Notes under the pieces: generated by a model
Database searches by the model: none
What the model saw: the letters and a program-made list of their open reading frames with translations, nothing else
What the model was told of the DNA's origin: nothing
Made by a program: the position numbers and the translations under genes
DNA from: Spirogloea muscicola
Taxonomy: Eukaryota
DNA: 64,000 nucleotides
Assembly (NCBI GenBank): GCA_009602725.1
Contig: WELB01000018.1
Coordinates: forward strand, 239,802 to 303,801
Reading direction: 5' to 3'
Part shown: piece by piece, positions 42,151 through 54,851 of the stretch
Layout of the letters: each line of letters opens with the position of its first letter
Position numbering within the stretch: the stretch's first letter is position 1

Positions 42151-45100
42151 TCACTGCACAGGTGCCTCACAAATGTTCGCGTCCCTTTGCGACTGGTCGA
42201 CTCGCCTCAGCATGACTTCTCGGAAGGCCACCCAGCGGTCATACTGCAACCGCAGGTGCGCAGCCCAAGCGGCTTCCTCCTCTGGAGACACTGTCTCGCC
42301 AGACAGCATCACGAGATCAGGGGCCAGAAGCTCCACGTCATTCGCAAATGCTGCCTCCTCTGCCTCCTCTGGCGTCACTGAGGGCGCTGCTTCACCTTCG
42401 CCGCGAGTGCTGCTACCGCCCGCTTCTTCAAGGCCTTCAACGGCGTTGTCTCGACAGCTATCAGCCACCAATTGCGCATCCTTGTCCACAAGTGAAGTCG
42501 AGGAATCCAAGTCCACCGCTGCTGTGGCTACGGTGCTCCAGGCGCCAAGAGCCTGCAGGCTCACAACAGCATCGTGCAGCTGATTGGCTTGCACATACGC
42601 CATCGTGACCGCAGCGCAAGCCTGGCTGGTCATGGGGAGCCCAGTCCGCCTCATTCGCTCCAGCACGAGCTCGGTGATGTCCAGCCGTTTCTGCATTCCA
42701 CCGCGACCAGACCGCAGATGTGAACATTAAAGGCAGGCTGAGGCAATTAAGGCAAGCTACATCTGCTCGTTAACACTAAAACCAGCATCAGAGAGCAGGA
42801 AGATGCCTACTCCAAGGCGGCAAAGTTAAGTAGAAGCGACAGGTCTTTGCTTGAGCAGCAGCTTGTACTGGCTTCGTGGGCACCAGTCTTCAGAGGAGGT
42901 GGCGAGCTAAGCGCCTGATATTGCTCACATGGTACATGGCCGAGCTCAGAAGAGTCTGGAAGGTGGCGGCGTCCGGCGGAACACCGCTCGACTCCATCGT
43001 GTCGAGCATCTCCAAGGCGACATCGAGCTCACTGCTGTGGCATGTCACCTGCCTCAGTGGTCACATTGATGCAATCACCGTGTAGCCTAAGGAGGGGTCA
43101 GTGCAGTCAAAAGTATAGCTATATGTAAAAAGTGGTGTTAGTTGAGGGGAACGTGACGCAGCACTCAGAACAAAGTCAAAATGGACTAAAGCGTGCCTCT
43201 GAGAACCTAGGCTCTCATGTCTAAGAGCCATTCCAACAGCCTCCCTGACCGAAGTTGTGAATCACACAGCTGTGTCTTACTAAGGAGGAAATGTGCAAGT
43301 ACCTTGACCAGTGCATTGTACGTGATGAGGTCGTGCTGCAGGCCCTGCTGCCGCATCCTATCTGCGAGGTCGAAGGCGAGCGCAAGCTTCCGGGACGCAG
43401 CACAGCCGTTAATCAACGTGTTGTAAGTCACAACATCTGCCGTGTAGCCCTCCTGCTGCATGTCCTCAAAGAGCTGCAGCGCCATGTCGAGCTGCAGAGT
43501 CCAGCATACCAGTTGGAGGGGGGGGGGGGAAGAAGTGGGGTATCAGAGCTGCGAAATGTCAGAGCTTCTTGTGTCATGTGGGCATGTATCAAGGGCTGGC
43601 AAAAATGTCGATCTAAAGTCCAGGCTATGTGCACGCTGCTATATACCAATGTCTTGAGAGCTCACAAGCTGAGGCTCAAAAAGATGTTGAGATGAGAGAA
43701 AATCAAATGCTATAAGATTCCAGGGGTCTGTGACACATGCATGAAGAGAGGGCAAGACACACCTGGGCGGCCTGCACGCAAGCGTGCATGGCAGCATTGT
43801 ACACAGCGGTGTCAAGGACGGGAATAGCCAGCCGCGCCTGAGCTTGCCGGGCAGCCCGCACGCGCTGCACAACAGCCTCCACCATGCCCTCCTTTCCCAG
43901 CACATGCAGCTGCATTCGGCAATCATAGCTTGCTCGCAAGCGCTGAGCCCATCTACACATCAGTGCGCATTGCCTCAAGGAGCACTCGAAGAAGCAGTGG
44001 AAGCACTCAAAGATGCAGTGGAAAATAAGTAGCGCTCAGCAACTGAGGCATGGTCGATAACTCAGCATGGTCGTGCTTACCACTGTGGCAAGCGTCTTGC
44101 ACGTGTGAGTGACACCACTCGCCTCCATGTCCTTTTCGATTGCCAGGACACGGGCTGCCACCTCCTCACGCGACCAGCCCTCACCAGCTGCGAGAAGCCC
44201 CACACTGCCTGGCCCAGCAAGCGCCTCGAGCAGCGCCAGGTACGTGCACACGTCTGGCTGCACCCGCTTCGCCTTCATGGCCGCAAACATGCGCAACGCG
44301 CACGCCGGCTCGCCCTGCCCAGCAGCACACACCAACAAGGACCACATCAGAACAACTGCTATGCAAATTTCACAACACAGGACTCTATCGTCGTAGAAGC
44401 TTGAACCACGCTAAACATCACACAAGCTGTGAGCTTCAACTTGCTCAAGGTGGAAGCGGCGCAGCCTCTGGCTTGCAAAGCCGCACCCTTTTGGCAAAGG
44501 CCTGCAGCAAGATGTTGAAGCCATGGCACGTGCTGCCAAGCAGGGCCTCAGCATCGTCCATCCGGCCTTCGAACACGCTCGCCTGCAGCAGCGCTACCCG
44601 GCTGTGCTCATCGGGCTTCAGGCCCGCTGCCTTCATGCTGCCCACCTGGCGCAGCAATGACGGCCACAAGGGGAACTCAGAGGCTGCTGACAAAGGCGGC
44701 AAAGGCAGCTCGCCTGCACGTGGCAACAGCTCAATGGCAGCGAAGCTCACCACACGCAGGGCCTGTGCGATGCCATGCACATTGGCGACGGCACGTAGCA
44801 CGCCATTGTAGGTGTACACTGTTGCCGGGAGACCCGCAACCTGCATCTGCAATGCAGCAGTCGCTGGTGAATGTCAAATGCTTGATCTTTGGCGCATACT
44901 TACTGACATCAAGAGTGTAGGTTATTAGGGTCCATGGCTGGGAAGCAGTAGGTCCAGGGGCGTGCTCGCTACCTCGGCAAAGAGGGCCTGGGCCAGGTCG
45001 CTGTCTCGCATGCGGCCAGCATTGTTGATCACCGAGTTGTACGCCGAGGCGATCTCGGCGCGAGCCCGCAGTCCAACATGGGCTGGCAGCGGCCCGCCTG

Positions 45101-46576
45101 GCCAGGAGGGCCGCTGCAAGCTGGCGGCGACTGCCAAAGTCGCATGGTCTTTGCCGACATTGCCACCACCCTGACCAGCACAATCTCTTGTGATATCGGC
45201 CTCGCAGACCGGCAACAGAGAAGGGTCCTGCGAACGCTCTTGGACAGCTGGGAAGAAAGCACGCGGCTGGAAGCGGCTGCCTTCGGCTGGGAGCTCCATC
45301 ACGCCAGATGCTGCGGCGGCGCAGAGCTCCTGCAGCGCAGCCCGGGCTTCCGCAAGGTCCCCAAGCCGTGCAAGCGCGATGATATGCGCAGAATGTGCAA
45401 AGAAGTCGCCACGCGGAAGTGCAGCCCGCAGCTCCGTCCACCATCGCAGCTCCGCTGCGCGGTCACCCACGAGGCCCGCCAGCTGCCGCCGGCACTCATT
45501 GCCGTAGCCGCAAGATGGTCAGCTGTGGCGGTAAGCAAATGGCGCAATTAAGACCAGAGAGACTCAGCATACATATGTTGCAATCAGGACGTACATTCCA
45601 CTAAGGTGACAATCTAGACCTCTGCACGTAGAGAAGATTCTCAACGAGGCTCAGTTGTAACTTCGCCAGCAAAGAGACCGAATGAGTGACAGGGAACGAC
45701 GGCAGTGGCGGCAGCGGCGGCAGCAGAGGCGGCGGGCAGACGGACCTTGATAAGCTCCATGTAGGAGCATCCATTCTTGGGCACGCCGCGGGCGTCCATG
45801 GCTGCGACAGTGCGTGCAGCGAGCGGCGCGCTCCGCGCGGCGGAGCAGCCGTTGAGGGCCACGTTGAAGACGTGCGTGTTGAGGGAGCGCCACCAGGGTT
45901 CCCATGCGGCGCCGCCCTCTAGCTCCCCGACGGCCTGGCAGAGCTTGCGCTGGCAGTGAGCTAGTCTCCTAAACCAAAGGTCAGGGGTTCGAATCCCTTT
46001 CCTCGTGACTCAGCACTTCTTCTTACAGAATGGAAGGGCTTTTTGCCAGGGCCAGCCAACTGGAGGAGCGCAGGCAAGGCACGGCTATGACTGATAATGG
46101 AATATTCCATTGTTATTATGTAACAATGTAAGCAATAACAATGTAATGATGATGATTATCGATGTCATTATCAGCATCGTGGTTTTGGCGCTTGCACCTC
46201 CTCGAGGCGGCCGCCGCGGCACAGCGCCCGGAGGTACAGGCTGAGGGTGCGGCCATCCGGCGGGCGGCCGAGGCGCCGGAGCTGCGCCATGGCCTCCTGG
46301 GCCGCCTGCACGACGCGGGAAAATGGCAAAGCCATTGTCGGGGCATAAGCTGCTGGCTGCCGCCTTCGTCCCGCTTTCTCCTACCACTGGCCGTGACTGG
46401 CGGCGGCGGCGGCGGCGGCAAGGCGCAACCTCGGCGTCGCCGGCGGCTGCAGCAGCGCGGATCATCGTCCTGGCTTCCTCGGAGCTCTGGAGAGCCAGCG
46501 CCGAGGCCGGGAGGAGGTCCCGGCGCCGGCCGCCGCCGCCGCCGCNCTGTCGACTGCGCGGGACGCCGGCCGCCAT
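42151..46576 (-). CDS. P-class pentatricopeptide repeat protein
   Basis: Many PPR motifs over GT-AG exons (VFNVALNGC, AYNSVINNAG..MQVAGLPATVYTYNGVL, MKAKRVQPDVCTY, MQQEGYTADVVTYNTLINGC). From memory it resembles the At1g76280 type (unverified). Start uncertain because of a single N at 46546. Confidence 0.9.
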
Positions 46577-46679
46577 GGCCGCGGCGTGCGGCGCGATGCC
46601 GCCGCGCGGAGAAGGCGCAGCATTGCCGCGCCGACGTCGATGCCGGAATGGCTGCCGTCTCGCCGCCACTGCCGCTCAT

Positions 46680-46915
46680 GCCGCCGGAAGGCCTCGATGG
46701 GGAGGCACTTTCCCAGACCCTGGCCCTATCCCTGTTACATCTGGCTGGCTTTTAACTGATCTGCGGCTGCTTAGCAGGGGTTACTGAGTGTCTCGTAGCA
46801 GCTTTGTTTCTGTTACTTAGCGCTTCCCCTGGCCCCCTTCTCGTACTCTGTTCATTCTTTTTCGGGCTGGTTGTTCCAGCCCCTTTTCTCAATGGGCGAG
46901 CACTTTCTTCTTTTA
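46680..46915 (+). mobile_element. CRE-like 3' relic directly upstream of the PPR gene
   Basis: LTDLRLLSRGY* ending at 46787, followed by the family 3' UTR and GGGCTGGTTGTTCCAGCCC...CAATGGGCGAGCAC-TTTCTTC. Confidence 0.85.
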
Positions 46916-47427
46916 ACAGCCGCTCCTTCAACATGAGCAGCCGCATTTGATTTCCTCTTATCCCACAAGAATCAAAAAGTGAGCTCTTCCAAAACAAGGC
47001 AGTGGCTATGGAATGCCAGCGCCAAGGATCACACCAAGAATCACACTCCGTAGCTCCCACTTTGCGGGCTCCTCACAAGAGGTCACTAAGTGATTGTCCT
47101 CCCGGGAAACCGCTTTGGGAAAGCGCTTCTTGGCCCCTTCGGACCTTGCCAATGTTATTCGGGCTGGCTGTTCACACCGTAAGTGGTGTGAATGAGTATT
47201 ATTCACTGTCGGTTGCTTTCTAACAATCTCGTTTAGATGCCATTTAATGAGAGCTCAAAGGCTTCGAGCTGCTGACGGAAGTACTTGTCGATACGATGAA
47301 GAGCTTACCAGTGAATGCTTCACATCCTGTTGCATGTGCACTTTAGTTTGGCCTGCTTTTGTCTAGGTGGCTTCCAAACATATGCTCAACTATGGAAGCT
47401 CACCACATGCACCACATACATGTATTG

Positions 47428-49277
47428 AAGAAGAAGGGCTCGCCCATTGAGGATAGGGGCTGGAAAAGCCAGCCCAAAAAAGAATGAACAAAGTACGAGA
47501 AGCGGGCCAGAGGAAGCGCTAAGAAAACAAAGCACACAAAGAAAGAAAGCAGCTACAAATCACTCAGTAACCCCTGCTAAGCAGCCGCAAATCAGAGAGG
47601 CTAGGGTCCTGAAAGTGGATCCCCTGGCCAGAGCCAGAGGCAGCAGCAAGAGCCCGGCCGGCACGAAGGTGCAGCGCACGGGCCATCGACCGCTGCAGCG
47701 AGACGGCCAGGCGCATGCGATACCATTGCGCCAGCGACCCTGCTGCAGGGAAGTCTACAGGCTCCCCATGGAAGCGACGGGCGATGGTGTGGCGGGCGAG
47801 CTGGGTGAGCAGCTCGAGCCACCGAGCGCCCAGCGCCCCATGGGTGTCTATGGCCAACGGGAAGAACTTGTCTGCCGTCGGATGGTCAGCGTACTTGAGC
47901 TCCTTAGCGCGAGCGGCGCCGGCGACCGCATACACAGCCTTGGTGGCTCACTGGGCTGGGTGGGAGCGGTCGAAGGCGTCGGTGGTCACCACGTCCAGGA
48001 GAAGACGTGGCCCGCCGGCCTGTGGGGTGGCCACCAGGTCTACGCGCCGGGCGTGGAGACCGTCGGCCCTGTCCTGGAGCGGCATTACGCCGGAGTGCTC
48101 CGCAGCCACCGAGAAGCCCGCCTCCGCCAGGATGCCATGCATCGCATCGCGGAGGCGGTCGTGGGCCGCCGTCTGCTCGCCGCCGTGGGCGCAGCGCAAG
48201 ACGTGGGCGGCCAGCTCCCCAGACTCGGCCCCTCGCTCGCCGCATTCGCACTGTCGCACGCCCTGGAGACAAGGAGGCGGCAGTCCCAGGAGCCGGTGGA
48301 CTGCAGTGCGAAATACCTCATCGGGAAGCGTGAGGGTGTCGTTGATGGGGAGGGCCTGAAGCCACGCCGCTGCCCCACGGGACGAGGCAGATTGAAGTCT
48401 CGCGCGCCCGCGCAGGTCGGCCTCAGGGAGCTGCAGCACGGCGGTGGTGTAGGCGGCCTTGTCGACGACGGCCGCGAAGCGCGCTTGGACGCGCAGGTCA
48501 GCAGTGTGCGCGAGGTGCGCAAATGAGACCGCCTGGCCTGCCATGTCGGGGTGCGCCGCGAGCAGCTCCTGGTGGGCGGGTGCGAAGCGCCACCTGGAAC
48601 GGCAGCGCGCCCTTGTCCACCTCCACCACCGCCTGCTCCAGTGCACGCCGGCCATGGACCATGAAGCGCTGAGCCACGGAGGCGGCAGTCTGCGCCCAGC
48701 TGCCGAGGTATGCAGCCCGGCATGAGCGGACGAGCGGGCGCAGGCCGAGACCACCGTGGCTGATGGGTAGCGCCGCCTGGTGGATAGCGGCTGGCGACTG
48801 GGGGAAGCCCTGGTGGCGGACCAGGGCCGCCAAGCTCGCCACCATGCCCGCGTCGAAAGCCTCGTACGCCGCCAATGCCTCTGGGGACGGCGGAGCGGCC
48901 CGCGTCAAGTACTGGGGCCGCTGCCCGATGGCCTTGGTCAGCATGGCCAACGACAGCTGCATATCCTCCAGCTCGGGGAGCCGGGCCGCGGGCTGAAGGT
49001 GCTCCGCGAGGCGGGCTCGCAGCTGCCCCTCCACGAAGGCCGGCGTGCCGATGGGGACTCCCAGGAGGGTGAAGCCGTCTGCCGGAGTCCGGCAGCCGGG
49101 GGGCAGCGCCAGGGTGGGTGGGTAATCGCCAGGGGACCAAGCCGCGCACTTCGCCGGCCGGATGGACAGGCCGAGGGTGGCCAGCTGCTGCTTGAAGGTG
49201 ACGAAGGCCGCCGCCACGTCTTCTGGAGGGCCGACTATGGTGGTGTCGTCCGCGAAGGTAGGGAGAAAGACTCCTGG
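47428..49277 (-). mobile_element. Longest CRE-like non-LTR retrotransposon copy (C-terminal RT, thumb, zinc knuckle, RLE); 5'-truncated with 1 frameshift and 1 stop
   Basis: FADDTTIVG, LGLSIRPAKC, LLGVPIG, LPISHGGLGLR, GAAAWLQALP, CECG..HVLRC..AAHD, RRVDLV..LLDV, KELKY, FFPLAIDTHGALG; TGA at 47948-47950, frameshift ~48590; (TTC)n tail; possible TSD GTATTG at 47422-47427 and 49278-49283. Confidence 0.92.
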
Positions 49278-49554
49278 GTATTGGGGTCTTCGTCAAAGCA
49301 TAGAACAGGTGGCTGCAGACAAACAGCCCAGGTGTTAAAGATATGGAACTTGTACTGGGGGGGGCTAGCGTAGCTGCTGAGAGTGAAGCTACAGGTCCTA
49401 TTGCAGGCTAGAGTACCGCAGGAGGAGCAGCAACGAGGAACAGGACGAGTGGCTTTGTCAATGTAGGTGGTGGCCATAAGTGACACAGCCTAACAGATTG
49501 CAGCTGCGACGGCCAGGCGTCGACGAGGCTCTTGGTGAGGGAGGGGGGTGAAGG

Positions 49555-50562
49555 GTGAAGAGAAAAATGTGTTCGCCCATAGAGGATAGGGGCTGGAAAA
49601 GGCCAGCCCAGAAAAGAAGGGTGAAAGAATGATCGGGGGCTTATGAAGGCGTCGATGGCTGTTTGTGAAAGGCCAGCCCAGACTTTTCCAGGGGGTCTGT
49701 AGTAGAGGCAGTCACAGAAGGGGCTATGACTTCGAAAGGCCAGCTCAGTAGAAGAGGCTCCAAAGGGCAATTGTTGTGAACTCCCAATTAGACAAGGTCG
49801 TAGCAGGGCAGCGCATTCATCAGACAAAGCAGAAAGACGCTTCCAGGAGAGGGCGGTGGCTGTGAGACGCCAGCCCAGAAAAAGGAATAACAAAGTTCGA
49901 AGGGGCCAGGGAAAGCGCTAAAGCACTCAGAGAATCAAGTAGCTACGAAACACTCAGTCACCTCTGCTGAGCAGCCGCAAGTCTTAGAAACTGGTCTCCT
50001 GGTAGCGGGTCCCCTGGCCAGGGCCAGAGGCTGCAGCTAATGCACGACCGGCTCGCAGTTGCAGCGCGCAAGGCATGGACCTCTGCAGCAAGACGGACAG
50101 GCGCATAAGATAGCCTGCTATGGGAGAGGCAATAGCTCCTCCTAAGGTGGCTAGGGCTGCAGAGGGCCAGCCCAAAAGAACGACACGGTCCACCACAAGC
50201 GACGGATACGAGAAGGATATGAAGTGGCACTCCCAATGGGGGCAAGGGCTGTGAAAAGCCAGCCCGAAAAGAATCGACAAAGGTGCGAAGGGGCCAAAAA
50301 CGCTTAGCAGCTACGAAGGGGCCTGAAGAAGCTATGTCAGGACGGGGGGAGGATAGGGATGCCGATGCAGGTCTCGGGATCCACTAGAGAGGAAGTGGCA
50401 CTCCAAATGGGGGCAAGGGCTGTGATAAGTCAGCCCAAAAAGAATGGACAAGGGTTCGGAGGGGCCGACAAGCGTTTAGCAGCTACAGGGGCCTGAAGAT
50501 GTCAGGTCAGCACAGGGGGAGGATGGATCACTCAGTAGTTACGAGTGAGGAGCCGCAGATTC
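49555..50562 (-). mobile_element. Head-to-tail array of about 6-7 diverged CRE-like 3' ends
   Basis: Motif GCCAGCCC(A/G)AAA and variants at ~49605, 49675, 49870, 50168, 50260 and 50432; ORF ends DLRLLSRG-like near 49960 and LRLLTRNY* near 50535; all on the minus strand. Confidence 0.82.
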
Positions 50563-51463
50563 GAGGGTTCGGGGGGCGGGTCTCGGTCAGCGTCAGCGTC
50601 AGCACACCGGTCTCTCCCTTCCCGCGCACGTCGGGGCCGTCCCGGCATGGTCCTGGGGGAACGCAACCGGCATTCTAAAGCGAGGGGCCCAAATCGTGGC
50701 CAGGAGGGGACTGCGGCGAGAGGCCAGCGCCCCGGAGGGGAGAGAGGTTGGGGAGCCCCCCCCCTCCTCCTTGCCCCGGCTACGTCGGGCCCCCGATCAC
50801 GTCGCCGCCGACGCCGCCGCCGCGGCGGCCGCCGCCATGCCCTCGCCGCTGCGCCGCCACCGCCGCCGCCGCCTTATAGGCCGCAGCTGCCTCACATCCT
50901 CCTCCTCCCGTCTCCGTCGCCGCCGCCACTGCCGCCGCCGCCGCCGCAGCTGCTGCTGCAGGCCGCGGGCTCCCCGCCGTCCGAGGCGTCGCGGCTGCGC
51001 TGCTCACTCGCTGCACTTTGCCGCCGTCGCTCCCCGTTCGCTGGTGCTGCGCCGCTCCCCGAGCCTCTCGAGCTGCCTGCTCCCGCATCGCTGCTGCCGC
51101 TTGCCACTGCGATCATGCCCGGCTGCAGCTGCCTGCTGCAGCAGGCCTCCGCAGCGTGACGCGGACTTGGCGCCCTGCTACTTGATCAGCTTGCATGCTC
51201 GACCGCGCTTTGGCGCACTATGCCGCTCGCCGCTGCATCGCTGACGACAGCTTCTATATTCGGTCTTGAACAGAGACCTTGAGGATCTTGTGCAGCTCGT
51301 GTTCGACCCTGCACGCGTTCCCCTTCACAAAGGGCGGGGCCTTCCTGTAGTCTCTGCGTAGAAGACATCTGCACCACCAGCAGCAGCTACCACCAGCTCA
51401 CCGAAGATTCAAGCGCGCTGTGGCGCGCTTGCATTATTGATCAGCTGCATGCTCCTGCCAAAG

Positions 51464-54400
51464 ATGAGGACGAGCAGCCCGAAGTTGAGACCAACCTCCA
51501 TGCTGATGGGCAATGTTGCCCTGCTAGCACAAATCATGACTTCCTTGCTGGCGCTCCATCATTACTTGCCGATGGCAGGTATATCTCAAGCTTTGATGTG
51601 ATTGCCTGCTTGCCTGACGGCTACCCTGCATAGTGTATCATCGGCATCAATCTGGCAATGCTCAAGCCCTGTCACCGGCACGCCCTGTCACCGGCACGTC
51701 AATTGCCATCAATTACTGTCGAAGTGCTGGAGCCGAAAATGATCACTGTTGCCTTGAAGCTCCACAGAAGACGTTTGACAATGCACTCGGCTCACAAGTT
51801 CTCGTGTGCTCTTCTGCATGTGAAAATGGCCATGGCAGCTGGTAGCCGCCCCTTTGCTGATGCCAGCGGAGCTCCATATCCAGCGCCAGAGCTAGTCAGA
51901 AGCCATGAGAACGTAGCGCCTGCTTTGGCAGCCGGTGGAGCCTCCAACAGCATAGAGCTTGTAAAAGACATACCCCCTGGATGGGGGAATTTCTTCCCGC
52001 CCACATACACAGTCGCCAAGGACGGCTCTGGCAACTTCAAGACCGTGCAGGAGGCAATTAATCAGGTCCCTGACGGCAACGAGCACCGAGTTGTAATCCT
52101 CATCATGCCTGGGACGTATGCGTAAGCCCTGACCTCCCAGAACATATCTTGCATTGACCTTAAGGTCGTGATTGCAGACCTGATTGTAAACGGGGAAGAA
52201 TGTCATATTCATGTGCTAAAAGTTACCTACTAACCCTGCAATTTGATTGCATATTGACTATGTCTTATTGCACGTGCTATGGTAGATGCTGTCTTGACTT
52301 CAAGTCCTCACCCTTTTGTCACTAAATGTGTTGGATTGGCGGCAGCGAGAAGATTGTGATACCCAAGGAGAAGCCATTCATCACGCTGCAAGGCCTGGAT
52401 GCTGCTTCAACTGTGCTTACGTGGGCAGACTGGGCCGGCGAGCTAGTGTCTCAAAATAACCAGAAAGTATCAGAGCCACTCGGCACCTTCAAGACGTGCT
52501 CCACTTGTATCTTTGCCTCGCACTTCATCGCCGGCAACATCACCTTCTCGGTCAGAAGCTTGCAGCCTTCAAAGCCAAACGTGCATGCTAATGCCAGGCT
52601 TGGCACTGAGCAGTTAGCTCATTGCTGCCACTGTAGGTTGCAGGGCATGCATGTACAGGTATACGACCTTCGTCAGAGCGCTGCTGATGAATTTTGCTGT
52701 TTTGCGCAGAATACGGCACCTGAGCCAAAGCCCAGCATGAGTGGCATGGCGGTCGCACTGCGTATTGCAGGAGATGCGTCGGCCTTCTTCAAATGCTGGT
52801 TTTTGGGATGGCAAGACACATTGTTTGACAATGAGGTGAGCTTTGGCGAGTCATCGTTGTCTACATTGAGGTCTCTCTGCAAGCTACAATGCTTGCAGCC
52901 ACAAATCACATCGCTATCCTCCTCGGAACCTGCTTACTACCGTTGAGAATACGTGAAAACTAGCATGCGTACGTGCAGGGACGTCATTATTTTAGGAATT
53001 GCTACATTGAGGGCTCCATCGACTTTGTATTTGGAGATGGGCAGTCAATATATGAGGTGAATGCTGGTTGATGGCTCCTCAATAAGCGATGTATCAGTGC
53101 TTACCATCACCCTCTACTTGAATAGTGTTTCTTCTTTACCACCACGAAAGCACCAAATGTCTTCTTTGTAGTTCACTCACTGCAAGTGTTGGCCCTTGGT
53201 ACGACTGGCAATCTGTGACCGCAGTACACGGAAATGTGCAAACAAGCAGATGTGCACCAGAGCTTCTCCGTGCTATCTTTGCGGCTGGAAGGCATCCAAG
53301 GTTTGGCGTTTGATCAATTTTATGGCTGATGTTGTCTTGTTTGGCCAGGAGTGTGTCTTGTATGCGAAGAAACGTTCTAGCGGGGCGGCTGGAGCCTTGA
53401 CAGCACAGAATAGTCACAGCAGGGAGGAAGCAACAGGCTACGTCTTCATCCGCTGCAATGTTACAGGACTTCATGAGGTTCGTTAGCATGGAGCTTGCCA
53501 CTGACAGCAATTTCGAATCCAGCTCTGTGCAAGTACTTAGTGTGCTGATGAGCAGAGAGCACAGTGGCTCATCAACTGCGAGCAGAGGTTTAAGCCCAAC
53601 TACCTCAGAGCAGATTCTGGCTGACATTCTGGCCACCAGCTGAGCTTGAACGGGTACATCTGAGCTTAAGCTTGAGAGGATAGATCATCCAGAATGTGCT
53701 TCTCAAGGACAGACATGTTTTGTATGTGTGCAGGAATATCTAGGCAGAACGTGGGGCCCTGCCTCAAGAGTAATTTTTGCCTACACTTACTTGGACAACG
53801 TCATTACTCCGCAGGGGTGGACGCACATGGGCAAGGGCAACACGCAGTTAGCATCAGAGAAGACTGCTTTCTATGCAGAGGTAGGGCAGTATGGCTTGCT
53901 CTTGAGCCCGCTGGTAGTCACAGTTATCAGAACATCGTCGGCCACAAACTACTTAATTTGGACAGTAATCTAGACATTTGGCTTGATCGGCTTAAGCAAT
54001 GCGTGGATGTCTTGGAGGGCAAATGGCGGTCAGATAATTGTTCTCATGCATTTGGGCCACATTAGTGGTCTGCGTAGTCACTCTGCCAGCACAGATCAAC
54101 TCTGACTCCTCAGGCGAGTGGTGGGGTGGCCATGGCAGTACAAGTGCTGGGGCCCCGGTGCAAACAGGAACAGAAGGGTGAGCTGGAGCTTAGAGCTGAC
54201 GGACGCGCAGGCGGCGCCATTCATGTCCTATGACTTCATCGGCGCCTCCGAGTGGCTTGGGCCGCCGCCCGATGGTAGTCCGCAGGTCTCGCAGCCGCTG
54301 CCTGGTTACTCACCCAGCCCCTGGAGCGTCCCGGAGGCACCCGTGCTACCTGTCACGACCCCTGTTGCAGCGCCTCCACTGCCGCCAGCATCGAGCCCAG

Positions 54401-54741
54401 AGCCGCGTGCCCCGGAGCCGTCATCCTCAGCCAGAGCTGAGGGACCTCCGACGGCCACTGTGTTGCCCCCTTCCGCACCTCCTCCAGCTTCCCCGCGTGA
54501 ATTGTCACCAAGCCCAGCAATGCTGCCGCAGACCTCTTTGCAGCCTCCGCAGCCAGCTCCAGCTGCCTCACCTACTGCCTCGATTGGTGCGCCAGCAGCT
54601 TCATCTCAAGACGAGCCTAGCCCTCCCACCACGCCGGCTGCTCAAGGATCTGGGTATGATGCACACATTGCTAACATTGCTCACATGCACCACATTGCCA
54701 GCCAGCGCAAGCGGCCGCCCACTGCAACAGCACGTCCATGA
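51464..54741 (+). CDS. PME: Pectin methylesterase (CE8, no PMEI pro-domain) with a signal-like N-terminus and a Pro/Ala/Ser/Thr-rich tail
   Basis: [79 protein letters not shown]; exon 51464-51578 (hydrophobic) splices in phase to 51839; start codon inferred. Confidence 0.93.
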
Positions 54742-54785
54742 GCGACGGTAGATTCAATTATATACAGCATTTGCCAGCTTGCCTG

Positions 54786-54851
54786 TTTAGGCGCAAGCGC
54801 GGCCAGATCAAGTGGTGGCTGGGAGAGGCCAGCCCAAAGGAATGGACAAGA
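54786..54851 (-). mobile_element. Solo CRE-like terminal-motif mini-element
   Basis: Reverse complement of the 10203-10262 unit; flanked by CTTGCCTG at 54778-54785 and 54852-54859 (possible TSD). Confidence 0.7.

Noticed and set aside
50545..51244. GC-rich 180-200 aa ORFs upstream of PME
   Set aside because: Low-complexity (GCC)n sequence open in several frames with no recognisable domain; probably promoter or 5' UTR.
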